From positions 1,608,392 through 1,672,391 of the forward strand of contig OY759717.1 in the NCBI GenBank assembly GCA_963662525.1: a DNA stretch of 64,000 nt, read 5' to 3'. Made by a program: the position numbers and the translations under genes. The DNA is from Bacteroidales bacterium. Lineage in GTDB: Bacteria; Bacteroidota; Bacteroidia; Bacteroidales; FEN-979. The notes beneath the pieces are model-generated. The model saw nothing but the letters and a program-made list of their open reading frames with translations, searched no databases and was not told the origin of the DNA. Below, one piece after another: positions 8,963-17,432 of this stretch (positions are counted from its first letter, which is position 1; each line of letters begins with the position of its first letter).

Positions 8963-9772
8963 ATGAACAGCATACTTTTTTACATGGAGATGCGCAGGAA
9001 CCTTCGGAGCCTGGCGATATGGTCGGTGGTGATTGGTTTGCTTACTTTCTTCACCATGTCATTTTTTAGGACTTTCCTGGTGTATCAGGAGCAGATTACC
9101 AATATGGTACAGATCGTCCCAGCGGTAGCAATGAAAATGAGAGGATTTGCGAATATTACCGATATTTTCTCCGTCATCGGTTTTTACACCGCCAATAACC
9201 TGATTTATATGATGCTCATGGGCAGTATTTACGCTATCGTACTTTGCTCGAATATCGTCCTCAAAGAAGAGTATGGAAAAACCGCCGAGTACCTGATGTC
9301 ACGGCCACTTACCCGGCCCGAGATTTTCACAACCAAGACGACCCTGGCTTTTCTTAACATCATCTTGCTGAATTTGGTGGTAGCCATTATCGGATTTATT
9401 GCCTGCCTCATATATAAGAAAGGGGTATTCAACATCCATGCTTTCGTGGTGATTTCCTTTTACACCCTGCTGCTCAACCTTCTCTTCGGCGCCCTGGGAC
9501 TGTTTATTTCAGTCATGATCAAACGGGCAAAACCGATCACTTCTTTTTCTGTTGCCCTGGTCATGGTGCTATATTTCCTCTATACCATTTCCAGGATGTC
9601 GGGGGTAGATGGAACATTTGGATATCTGAGCCCATTTAAATGGGTCAACGTGGATGTGCTTTCACAAAATTACGGAATCGAATTAAGCCGTCTGTTCGCT
9701 TTCATAGGTGTAATAGCATTGTTGGTCTTCTTTTCCGGACTGATTTACCGGCGGAAGGATATTCTGACGTGA
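8963..9772 (+). CDS. ABC-2 type exporter permease
   Basis: Six TM segments, KEE.GKTAEYLMSRPLTR motif, C-terminal RRKDI. Confidence 0.9.
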   Translation: MNSILFYMEMRRNLRSLAIWSVVIGLLTFFTMSFFRTFLVYQEQITNMVQIVPAVAMKMRGFANITDIFSVIGFYTANNLIYMMLMGSIYAIVLCSNIVLKEEYGKTAEYLMSRPLTRPEIFTTKTTLAFLNIILLNLVVAIIGFIACLIYKKGVFNIHAFVVISFYTLLLNLLFGALGLFISVMIKRAKPITSFSVALVMVLYFLYTISRMSGVDGTFGYLSPFKWVNVDVLSQNYGIELSRLFAFIGVIALLVFFSGLIYRRKDILT

Positions 9773-9845
9773 GTGCCGGATGAGGGCCCGAAAGATTTCA
9801 TTCTTCATTCCCTGCAAAGAGATTTCTTGAAAACAGCATTTTTTA

Positions 9846-10436
9846 TTAAAATTCAATGTTATACCCTATCGAAATAGTGATCGGGATGGTGGTGCTGTTC
9901 ATTTTTATCTGTGAGTCATTCTTCATCCGGCTGATCTGATTAAAGTATTGCGGCGAACGGAATGGAAAATTCAGGTCAAAGTTCAACCCGCTTTTCTTCC
10001 TTTTACCAAATCTGGTTTCCAGACCTATACCAACAGTAAGCCCATAGAACATTTTATCGTACCCGCTTTTACCAGTCACCTTGGTGACTCCATTCACTCC
10101 GTACATAACTTTCAGGTATGGTCTTACTCCATGTTTCCCATCGGCAGGGATAATACGTCCGAGGCAGCCAACATTCCATCCAAACCCTACCAGTTCCCAG
10201 CCACCGGCAGCAAAAATGCCCATATATGGAATCGGATAAAAAGTGGCTTTAACCCCGAAAAGGCCACCATAATCAAGCCCCATGCCAATGCCACCATCCC
10301 CCCAGCGGTGTTGAGGTTTTACCGGATGTTTAAATGTTACCGTTGAATCTGATATAATCGGTTTTGAATAGTCCTGTCCACAGGCAATCTGAATGGTAAA
10401 AAAAACCAGACCAACAAGAAAGAAATTGCCTTTCAT
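9846..10436 (-). CDS. Hypothetical outer-membrane beta-barrel protein
   Basis: Signal peptide, alternating Gly/aromatic strands, C-terminal SIGYNIEF. Confidence 0.65.
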   Translation of the reverse strand: MKGNFFLVGLVFFTIQIACGQDYSKPIISDSTVTFKHPVKPQHRWGDGGIGMGLDYGGLFGVKATFYPIPYMGIFAAGGWELVGFGWNVGCLGRIIPADGKHGVRPYLKVMYGVNGVTKVTGKSGYDKMFYGLTVGIGLETRFGKRKKSGLNFDLNFPFRSPQYFNQISRMKNDSQIKMNSTTIPITISIGYNIEF

Positions 10437-10464
10437 AATCGAAAAATAAGATTGAACTGTCAGA

Positions 10465-11298
10465 TCAGAATTCGTCGGGCAAATTCTTCAGCTGCTCATT
10501 GGTAAACACCGGTCCGTCTTTGCAGACATACGTCGATCCGATGTTGCACCTGCCGCATTTTCCGAGCCCACACTGCATTTTCATCTCCAGGGTGGTGATA
10601 ATATCTTTGTCGGCAAAACCGAGCTTTAAAAGCGACTGTATGGTGTATTTGATCATGATCGGTGGGCCGCAGGTGATCACCTTGGTGTTTTCTATCACCG
10701 GCTTGACAACCTCTTCAAGAATCTTTGGAACAACACCTACGTTGGTAGTCCATGTTTCCTCAGGTTTATCAATGGTAAGAATCACCTTGAGGCTTTTGTT
10801 GTTCTGCCACTCTATGATCTCCTCTTTATAACACATATCGGCAGAAGTACGTGCGCCGTAAAGAATGGTAAAATCTTTATAGTCGTTGCGGTTGTCGATG
10901 CAGTATTGTATCAGTGAACGAAGCGGAGCGAGACCAATACCACCACCCACAAAGAGCAGGTTCTTTCCCTTGATATCGTCGAGCGGAAACCAGTTGCCGT
11001 AAGGGCCGCGTATGCCTACTTCATCGCCTTCATCAAGACTGGTGTGGATATCGGCAGTCACAACTCCTGCCCGTTTGATCGAACAATCGAAATAGCCTTT
11101 TCGGGTGACGGAAGAGGCGATACAGAAAGTACATTCGCCGGATCCGAGCAAAGAAAATTCGACAAACTGCCCAGGCATCCAGCTGAATTTTTCCAGCATC
11201 CCTTCATCTTTGAATTTCAGGCGGTAAGTCCGGATATCCGGGGTTTCCTGGATCACTTTATCGATCTTGCAGATCATCGGCACGAGCAACTGTTCCAT
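10465..11298 (-). CDS. flxA: FAD/NAD(H)-binding oxidoreductase with C-terminal [2Fe-2S] (FlxA/AsrB/PyrK-like)
   Basis: PGQF, IRGPYGN, GGGIGLAPLRS, CGPPIM, MQCGLGKCGRC..VCKDGPVF; last gene of hdr-flx order. Confidence 0.85.
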   Translation of the reverse strand: MEQLLVPMICKIDKVIQETPDIRTYRLKFKDEGMLEKFSWMPGQFVEFSLLGSGECTFCIASSVTRKGYFDCSIKRAGVVTADIHTSLDEGDEVGIRGPYGNWFPLDDIKGKNLLFVGGGIGLAPLRSLIQYCIDNRNDYKDFTILYGARTSADMCYKEEIIEWQNNKSLKVILTIDKPEETWTTNVGVVPKILEEVVKPVIENTKVITCGPPIMIKYTIQSLLKLGFADKDIITTLEMKMQCGLGKCGRCNIGSTYVCKDGPVFTNEQLKNLPDEF

Positions 11299-11340
11299 AT
11301 AAATTAAATAACGAAATGGTGAAATAGTGAAAAAATATTC

Positions 11341-11383
11341 CTGTATTCCTGCATTATTTGCATTGTATGCATTGTTTGCATTA
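11341..11383. repeat. 9-bp-period TGCATTnnn array that includes the flxB stop codon
   Basis: TGCATTATT TGCATTGTA TGCATTGTT TGCATTA. Confidence 0.7.
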
Positions 11384-12445
11384 CTGAATGGCAGTGTTGG
11401 AAACCTGATTTACAACCTCAAAGATGCTGATGTTCACGGGGCAGGAGGTGGTACATTTGCCGCAACCCACACAAAGGTTTTCACCGAAGCGTTCCTTGTA
11501 ATAAACGAATTTGTGCATGGCACGCTGCCTCCAGCGACGGTACTTTACCGGGCGTGGGTTATGGCCTCCGGCCATCAGTGTAAAGTAACCGTTATTGCAG
11601 GAGTCGTAACTCTTGTATCGAACACCGGTATCCTTCACCTTCTCATCGGAGATCTTGAAGCAATGGCATGTCGGACAAACAAAGGCGCAGGTGTTACAGC
11701 TGATACAGTTGGCCGAAACATTCTCAAATTCAGGGGTGTCAAAGATTTTCGAAAGCTTCGCATTCACCTCCTTGTAGTTCATCTTGAGACGGAAAGTGCC
11801 TGAGAAAGCATCAAACTGCCTTTTCATAGCAGAGGAAGCCTCTTCTTCTTCCACCGGTACCGTGTATCCTGCATCCTGTATCCCCATGCTTTTCAGAAAA
11901 TCCCTTCCCTTCTCCGTCTTCGGCTTTACAAAGATCTTTCCATCGGTTCCGTTCACGATCAGTACGTCCATGGCATCGAGGTTTTCCACATCATAGTCGA
12001 GGGAAGTACAGAAACAATGCATTTCGGCTTTGTCGCAACGGGTTGAAATGACGACAGTATTCTGGCGGCGTTTCTGGTAATCGTTGTCGATATAATCCCA
12101 GTTGTAAACCTTGTCAAGCACCTGCAGGCTGCGGGCATCGCAATGTTTCATCCCGAGTATTACCCTTTTGCCTGCCAGGGGATCTTCGTCGGTATCTTTC
12201 ATGGTCGTTCCGGAACTATCGGCTGTAAATTTCATGACCTTGGCCGAACGCGGGAAAAAGAGCGGCTTCGCGCTCATGGTCCTGGTGATGGGTGAATCAG
12301 GATTGCATTCGGCCAGGCTGGAAACCAACCTGAAATCGAACTTCCCGAATTTCTCAACCGGGGCATAGGTTTCATTTTTAGCTATGATGGCTTCGTAAAA
12401 TTTTGCTAAGCCAGCTTTATCGGTAACAAAAGTTTCAACGCTCAT
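11381..12445 (-). CDS. flxB: Two-[4Fe-4S] protein, AsrA-like (FlxB)
   Basis: CISCNTCAFVCPTCHCF, YDSC, RWRQRAMHKF, CVGCGKCTTSCP. Confidence 0.82.
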   Translation of the reverse strand: MSVETFVTDKAGLAKFYEAIIAKNETYAPVEKFGKFDFRLVSSLAECNPDSPITRTMSAKPLFFPRSAKVMKFTADSSGTTMKDTDEDPLAGKRVILGMKHCDARSLQVLDKVYNWDYIDNDYQKRRQNTVVISTRCDKAEMHCFCTSLDYDVENLDAMDVLIVNGTDGKIFVKPKTEKGRDFLKSMGIQDAGYTVPVEEEEASSAMKRQFDAFSGTFRLKMNYKEVNAKLSKIFDTPEFENVSANCISCNTCAFVCPTCHCFKISDEKVKDTGVRYKSYDSCNNGYFTLMAGGHNPRPVKYRRWRQRAMHKFVYYKERFGENLCVGCGKCTTSCPVNISIFEVVNQVSNTAIQ

Positions 12446-12460
12446 AAGAGTAAGATCTTA

Positions 12461-13312
12461 TTACATGATAAAATCGTCAGGATCCTGCATGCTGTATTTG
12501 TAAAAAGCACCGCGGTCGCCTTCATGCACGCCGGCTAAGTGCTCCTGGAAGTTTTCAAAGATCACCCGTTCATTCCACTTATGAAGGAGGTGGAGTGGTA
12601 AATGACTTGGGCAGGCTTTTTCACAATTGCGGCAATCAACGCAACGGCCAGCCAGATGAAGCGACCATGTCATCAGGGCATGAAAAGCGCTGCTGGTCGT
12701 ATTTGCACCGTTGTACAGGGTGGAAGTTTCCTGATCGATACAGCATTTCGCACAATAACAAAGCGGACAGGAATGGCGGCAGGCATTGCAACGGATGCAA
12801 CTTTCAAAAACTTCTTCAAAATAAGCGCGGCGGTCCACCAGTTCCTTTGCTGCCAGGTCATGAATGTCAACATTTACTTTGTATTCCTGTTGTCCCTTCG
12901 GGGTGCCAAGCATCTCGTCAAACACTATGGCATCGGGAATCACACATTCCGTGCAGTTCTGCATTTTACTGCCATTTTCATCCACCACGCCTTCACAGGC
13001 AATGCCTATCACATAAAGTTTTTCACGCTTCACCTGGCTTTCAGTAAGCAGGAGGTTGAGGGAGCGGCTGTCACAGCCTTTTACAATAATTCCCACCCGC
13101 TTGTTGCGGGTATGATCCTGTTTAAGGTAGTTAGTGAGGTTAAAAACGGATTTGTCGTTGAAGACCAGCTTCGGCACCTCCTTTGTGTCTCTGATCAGCA
13201 CCGGGACCTGGTTCTCATCGAAACCTGTCAGGCGGTAGCCAACGAAAACATCGATCTTATCTTCGGCAAAAAGCTTCGAAGCGATCTCCTGGATTTGTTT
13301 CGTGTAGTCCAT
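12461..13312 (-). CDS. flxC: Two-[4Fe-4S] protein, FdhB/FrhB-like (FlxC)
   Basis: VKGCDSRS, CIRCNACRHSCPLCYCAKC, HLAGRCVDCRNCEKACP. Confidence 0.8.
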   Translation of the reverse strand: MDYTKQIQEIASKLFAEDKIDVFVGYRLTGFDENQVPVLIRDTKEVPKLVFNDKSVFNLTNYLKQDHTRNKRVGIIVKGCDSRSLNLLLTESQVKREKLYVIGIACEGVVDENGSKMQNCTECVIPDAIVFDEMLGTPKGQQEYKVNVDIHDLAAKELVDRRAYFEEVFESCIRCNACRHSCPLCYCAKCCIDQETSTLYNGANTTSSAFHALMTWSLHLAGRCVDCRNCEKACPSHLPLHLLHKWNERVIFENFQEHLAGVHEGDRGAFYKYSMQDPDDFIM

Positions 13313-13797
13313 TATTTCTCGAAGTTTTCTTTTTTATACAAATGAAGCGGACCCAGTTTCTTAATGTCCTCGGTGACCTTGGCCACAACCTTGGCAAATT
13401 TGGGACCTTCGGCTGCCGAAACCCAGGAGAACTGGATTCGGTTTTCATGGAAACCGACGAAGTTCAGCAGTTTCTTGGTAACCAGGAACCTGCGGCGGGC
13501 GTAATAATTCCCGCTGATATAGTGGCAGTCGCCCGGGTGGCAGCCAGAAACGAGCACGCCATCGGCAGTAGTCTGCAAAGACTTGATCAGAAACCAGGGG
13601 TCAACACGGGATGAACACGGTACACGGATGATCCGGATATTGGGTGGATACTGGATACGCGAGGTTCCTGTAAGGTCGGAACCTGCATAGGAACACCAGT
13701 TGCACAGGATTCCCATGATCACCGGTTCCCAGTTGGGAGGGGCAATGATCTCAGGTTTTTCAATGCTTATTACTTGGTCTTTTACTACTGTTTCCAT
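13312..13797 (-). CDS. flxD: MvhD-like [2Fe-2S] subunit (FlxD)
   Basis: CNWCSYAGSD, RVPCSSRV, GCHPGDCHY, WVSAAEG. Confidence 0.9.
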   Translation of the reverse strand: METVVKDQVISIEKPEIIAPPNWEPVIMGILCNWCSYAGSDLTGTSRIQYPPNIRIIRVPCSSRVDPWFLIKSLQTTADGVLVSGCHPGDCHYISGNYYARRRFLVTKKLLNFVGFHENRIQFSWVSAAEGPKFAKVVAKVTEDIKKLGPLHLYKKENFEK

Positions 13798-15770
13798 CAG
13801 ATTGAAACTATCTCGTTAATGATTTGAGGATCGGTAAAACCAGCCAGGTTAATGGCCATGCTGCGGCATACGGCAACGCATGAACCGCATCCCTGGCATA
13901 CGCCTTCGTTGATTTTGGCAACGGTTCGCATCTCCTTGGAGCCATGACCCAAAGGAATTTCTTCCGTGACAATAGCTCCATAAGGACAAACCTTCACACA
14001 ATTCTGGCAGCCGGAACAGTATTCGTTGTTCACGGTAGAGATCATCGGGTCTTTCTTCATGGTATCTCCGGCAAAGAGACCGCAAACCTTGGCGGCACAG
14101 GCGGAAGCCTGGGCCACGGTATCGGGAATATCTTTGGGTGCCTGGGTACAACCGGCCAGGAAAATCCCGGCTTTGGCCGTTTCTACCGGGCGGAGTTTCG
14201 GATGTGCTTCAGACAAATACCCATATTTATCATAGGAAATACCCAGTAAGCGGGCGAGATCCGGATTATTTTTGGGTGGGATCACCGCTGTAGCGAGTAC
14301 TACCAGGTCGGCTTCCACTTCAACTACTTGTCCGATCTGTGCATCTTCACCACGGACCATCAGCTTATCTCCTTTTTTATAAATTTTGGAAACACGTCCG
14401 CGCAGGTATGTGGCTGCAGTATCGACCTGGGCCTTCTTGACAAATTCTTCATACCCCTTACCTGCGGCACGGATATCCATATAGAAAACGTAGGCATGGG
14501 AATCGTGTACCTTATGATGCAGGAGAATAGTATGTTTGGTCGTGTACATGCAGCATATCTTCGAGCAATATTCAATTCCCTTGGCTTCATCGCGGGAACC
14601 GATACATTTGATGAAGACCACATTCTTGGGGACTTTCCCGTCGGATGGGCGCAGGGGTAAACCATTGGTCGGTCCATTGGCGGAAACCATGCGCTCAAAT
14701 TCCAGGGAGGTGATGATGTCTTTGAACCTGCCTACCCCGTATTCTTCATAGGGTTTGGGATCCCACATATCATATCCTGTGGCAACTACCACGGCACCGA
14801 TTTCGCGTTCGATAATCTCATCTTTCATGGTGTAATCGATGGAACCTTTTTCACAAACCTTGGCACAAACCCCACACTTGCCTTTGGTGAGCATGGTACA
14901 ATGTTCGGCATCAATGACAGGCTTGTTGGGAACCGCTTGCGGAAATGGAGTATAAATTGCTTTCCGCTTATCGATTCCCATATTGTATTCGTTGGGGACC
15001 TTTACCGGGCATTTCTGCCAGCAGGCGCCGCAGCCGGTACAGGTCTTGAAATTGACATAGGATGCTTTCTTTTTGATCTTAGCCTTATAATTTCCCACAA
15101 ATCCCTCTAATTCGAGCACTTCAGCATACGGGATCAATTCAATATAAGGATGCGAGGCCACATCTACCATCTTCGGTGTAAGGATACACTGAGAACAGTC
15201 GAGGGTCGGGAAAGTTTCGTCCAGCTGGGCCATCTTTCCCCCGATGGAGGGGCTCTTTTCGACCAGTACCACGGGAATCCTGGCATCGGCAATATCCAGC
15301 GCGGCCTGTATGCCGGCAATACCACCCCCGATTACAAGGGCACGCTTGGTTACAGGTACCGATATCTCATGAAGCTGCTCGTTGGCTATCGATTTTGCGA
15401 CGGCCATACGGACCAGGTCAGCGGCTTTTTCTGTTGCCGCTTTTTTATCTTTCTGATGAACCCAGGATGAGTGTTCACGGATATTGGCCACTTCGAGAAG
15501 GTAGGGATTCATCCCTGCATCCGAAAGTGCCTTCCGAAAAGTTTTCTCATGCATACGCGGCGAGCAGGCGGCTACTACAATGGAGGTCAACCGGTGTTGC
15601 ACGATAGCATCCCGGATTTGTTGCTGACCGGGATCCGAGCACATATATTTATAGTCGATGGCGAACTTGACCTCACGGATGCGTTTGGCCTCTTCAACCA
15701 CGGCAGGAACATCGACGAAGTCGGCAATGTTAGCTCCGCAAAAACAAACGAAAACTCCTACTCTTGCCAT
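13797..15770 (-). CDS. hdrA: Heterodisulfide reductase subunit A (FAD, electron-bifurcating)
   Basis: VGVFVCFCG, ACSPRMHE, GGGIAG, ETFPTLDCSQC, LEFERM, CIGSRD..YCSKICCMY, C-terminal two-[4Fe-4S] domain. Confidence 0.96.
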   Translation of the reverse strand: MARVGVFVCFCGANIADFVDVPAVVEEAKRIREVKFAIDYKYMCSDPGQQQIRDAIVQHRLTSIVVAACSPRMHEKTFRKALSDAGMNPYLLEVANIREHSSWVHQKDKKAATEKAADLVRMAVAKSIANEQLHEISVPVTKRALVIGGGIAGIQAALDIADARIPVVLVEKSPSIGGKMAQLDETFPTLDCSQCILTPKMVDVASHPYIELIPYAEVLELEGFVGNYKAKIKKKASYVNFKTCTGCGACWQKCPVKVPNEYNMGIDKRKAIYTPFPQAVPNKPVIDAEHCTMLTKGKCGVCAKVCEKGSIDYTMKDEIIEREIGAVVVATGYDMWDPKPYEEYGVGRFKDIITSLEFERMVSANGPTNGLPLRPSDGKVPKNVVFIKCIGSRDEAKGIEYCSKICCMYTTKHTILLHHKVHDSHAYVFYMDIRAAGKGYEEFVKKAQVDTAATYLRGRVSKIYKKGDKLMVRGEDAQIGQVVEVEADLVVLATAVIPPKNNPDLARLLGISYDKYGYLSEAHPKLRPVETAKAGIFLAGCTQAPKDIPDTVAQASACAAKVCGLFAGDTMKKDPMISTVNNEYCSGCQNCVKVCPYGAIVTEEIPLGHGSKEMRTVAKINEGVCQGCGSCVAVCRSMAINLAGFTDPQIINEIVSI

Positions 15771-16714
15771 TATTCAACCTCACTTTCTGCTTCAACAGCT
15801 TTTTTGGGTTTCTTGACTTTTTCAGGTTCCGGTTCGATCTTGCCGATATTGGCAAGGGCTCCTTCAACCGGCACAATATGTTTATTGAACATCATATCCT
15901 TTTCCGGCATACCGAAGGCAAGAGCCATCAGCTGCGTGAAATAAAAGATAGGAATATCCAGTTTTTTACCGGTATGTTTCTCAATATCCGGCTGCCGCAT
16001 ATCGAGGTTTGACTGGCACAGGGGACAGGCAACCACGATGGCATGGGCTCCGCTTTCTTTGGCCATTTCCAGGATCTGCCCGCTAAGACTGATCACTACT
16101 TCCGTATTAGAGATGCTGAAAGAGGCTCCGCAACATTCGGTTTTATAGTCAAACTCAGTAGCTTTAGCTCCCAGCGCTTCCACGATCCGGTCCATTGAAA
16201 CCGGGTATTCGGGTGAATCGAATTGGGTGATTGCTTTCGGGCGGGTAAGAAGGCAACCATAGTAACAGGCCAGTTTCATCCCGGCCAGGGATTTGGTTAC
16301 CTTGGCTTTGATGGCTTCCAGTCCGATATCTTCATAGCAGTATTGAAGCATGGATTTTACGGCAACCTTTCCTTCATAATGTCCGTCTTCCACAATGGTC
16401 GAATTGATCTCCTTGCAGAGTTCCGGGTTTTCGTCCATACGCGCCTTGGTCACTTTCATGCGCTGATAGCAGGAAGCACAGGGTATAGCCATGGTAGTAT
16501 TATCCAGTTTCTCAGCCAGCACAAGATTTCTAAGCGGAAGTGCATAGGCCAGGCTTTCACTCATGGTGTGGGCAGAAGTGGCGCCGCAGCAGTTCCAGTC
16601 AGGAATTTCCTCCATCTGTACATCCAGGGCTTTCATGACCATTTTAACGGTCTGGTCGAATTCCTCGCTGGTACCATGCGCGGAACAACCCGGGAAATAA
16701 GTTATTTTTTTCAT
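15770..16714 (-). CDS. hdrB: Heterodisulfide reductase subunit B (two CCG domains)
   Basis: YFPGCS, WNCCGAT, PCASCY, YYGCLLTRP, TECCGAS, ACPLCQSNLD. Confidence 0.95.
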   Translation of the reverse strand: MKKITYFPGCSAHGTSEEFDQTVKMVMKALDVQMEEIPDWNCCGATSAHTMSESLAYALPLRNLVLAEKLDNTTMAIPCASCYQRMKVTKARMDENPELCKEINSTIVEDGHYEGKVAVKSMLQYCYEDIGLEAIKAKVTKSLAGMKLACYYGCLLTRPKAITQFDSPEYPVSMDRIVEALGAKATEFDYKTECCGASFSISNTEVVISLSGQILEMAKESGAHAIVVACPLCQSNLDMRQPDIEKHTGKKLDIPIFYFTQLMALAFGMPEKDMMFNKHIVPVEGALANIGKIEPEPEKVKKPKKAVEAESEVE

Positions 16715-16726
16715 GTCGGGATCGGA

Positions 16727-17299
16727 TTATTGATGCTTCTTTTCCAGTTTTTCGGCAAGCTTATACATGCGCTTGATAGCTTTGGCGCTCTTCATTGGCT
16801 TTACGCCTAAAGGAATTTTTCCCTTAAGCAGGGCCTTGGGAGCCAAGTGCATATCTTTGAAGAGGTTACGGGTACGGATATTGAATTCAGCCATCATACG
16901 GAGTTCGTAATTACGACCGTAACGTTTGATCATGTCCAGGAAAATCTCGTGGAACTTCCTGATCTCTTTGACCTTTGTCGTATCATTGATATAATTCTCT
17001 TCAATGGCCAGATGCCTAATCGCTTCCATAACTGCAGGGATTTCAATCTCTCGCGGGCATCGCCCGGAACAAGCTGAACAGGTAAGGCAAAACCAGGTGG
17101 AATTGGCCATGTAAACCTCATTCTTCAGACCCAGTTTGACCAGTTGCATGATCTCCCGGGGCGGGAAATCCATGTAAGCTGAAACCGGACAGGTGCCTAC
17201 ACACTTACCGCACTGGTAGCACTCCAGCACGTTAGCGCCGCTTCTTTTATTGACCTCGGCCAGCAAAGTATTTTTTTCCTGTAATCCAAGTGTGATCAT
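16727..17299 (-). CDS. hdrC: Heterodisulfide reductase subunit C
   Basis: CYQCGKCVGTCP and WFCLTCSACSGRCP. Confidence 0.93.
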   Translation of the reverse strand: MITLGLQEKNTLLAEVNKRSGANVLECYQCGKCVGTCPVSAYMDFPPREIMQLVKLGLKNEVYMANSTWFCLTCSACSGRCPREIEIPAVMEAIRHLAIEENYINDTTKVKEIRKFHEIFLDMIKRYGRNYELRMMAEFNIRTRNLFKDMHLAPKALLKGKIPLGVKPMKSAKAIKRMYKLAEKLEKKHQ

Positions 17300-17304
17300 C
17301 GCGC

Positions 17305-17324
17305 GTTGTTAATTAATTAACAAC
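17305..17324. promoter_or_regulatory. Perfect 20-bp palindrome, Rex-like operator, between the hdrC promoter and start codon
   Basis: GTTGTTAATTAATTAACAAC contains TTGTTAA-N4-TTAACAA. Confidence 0.7.
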
Positions 17325-17325
17325 A

Positions 17326-17333
17326 CAAAGTTA
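17326..17333 (-). promoter_or_regulatory. Bacteroidota -7 promoter element for hdrC
   Basis: TAACTTTG on minus strand matches TAnnTTTG. Confidence 0.65.
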
Positions 17334-17432
17334 AGAAAGATTTCTTTTGGACAGAATCTAAATTACATTTTCAGTCCCCTACCGCCTGTCGGGATTCCAC
17401 AAACCTTTGAGAAGGCAGGTCTGAAGCGGGAA

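Noticed and set aside
10465-12445. Anaerobic sulfite reductase asrAB or sulfhydrogenase
   Set aside because: No asrC or hydrogenase subunits; position after hdrCBA-mvhD fits flxBA
13312-17299. Methanogenesis, archaeal contamination or selenocysteine recoding
   Set aside because: No mcr or mvhAG; a Bacteroidota-type promoter precedes hdrC; no in-frame TGA at Cys positions
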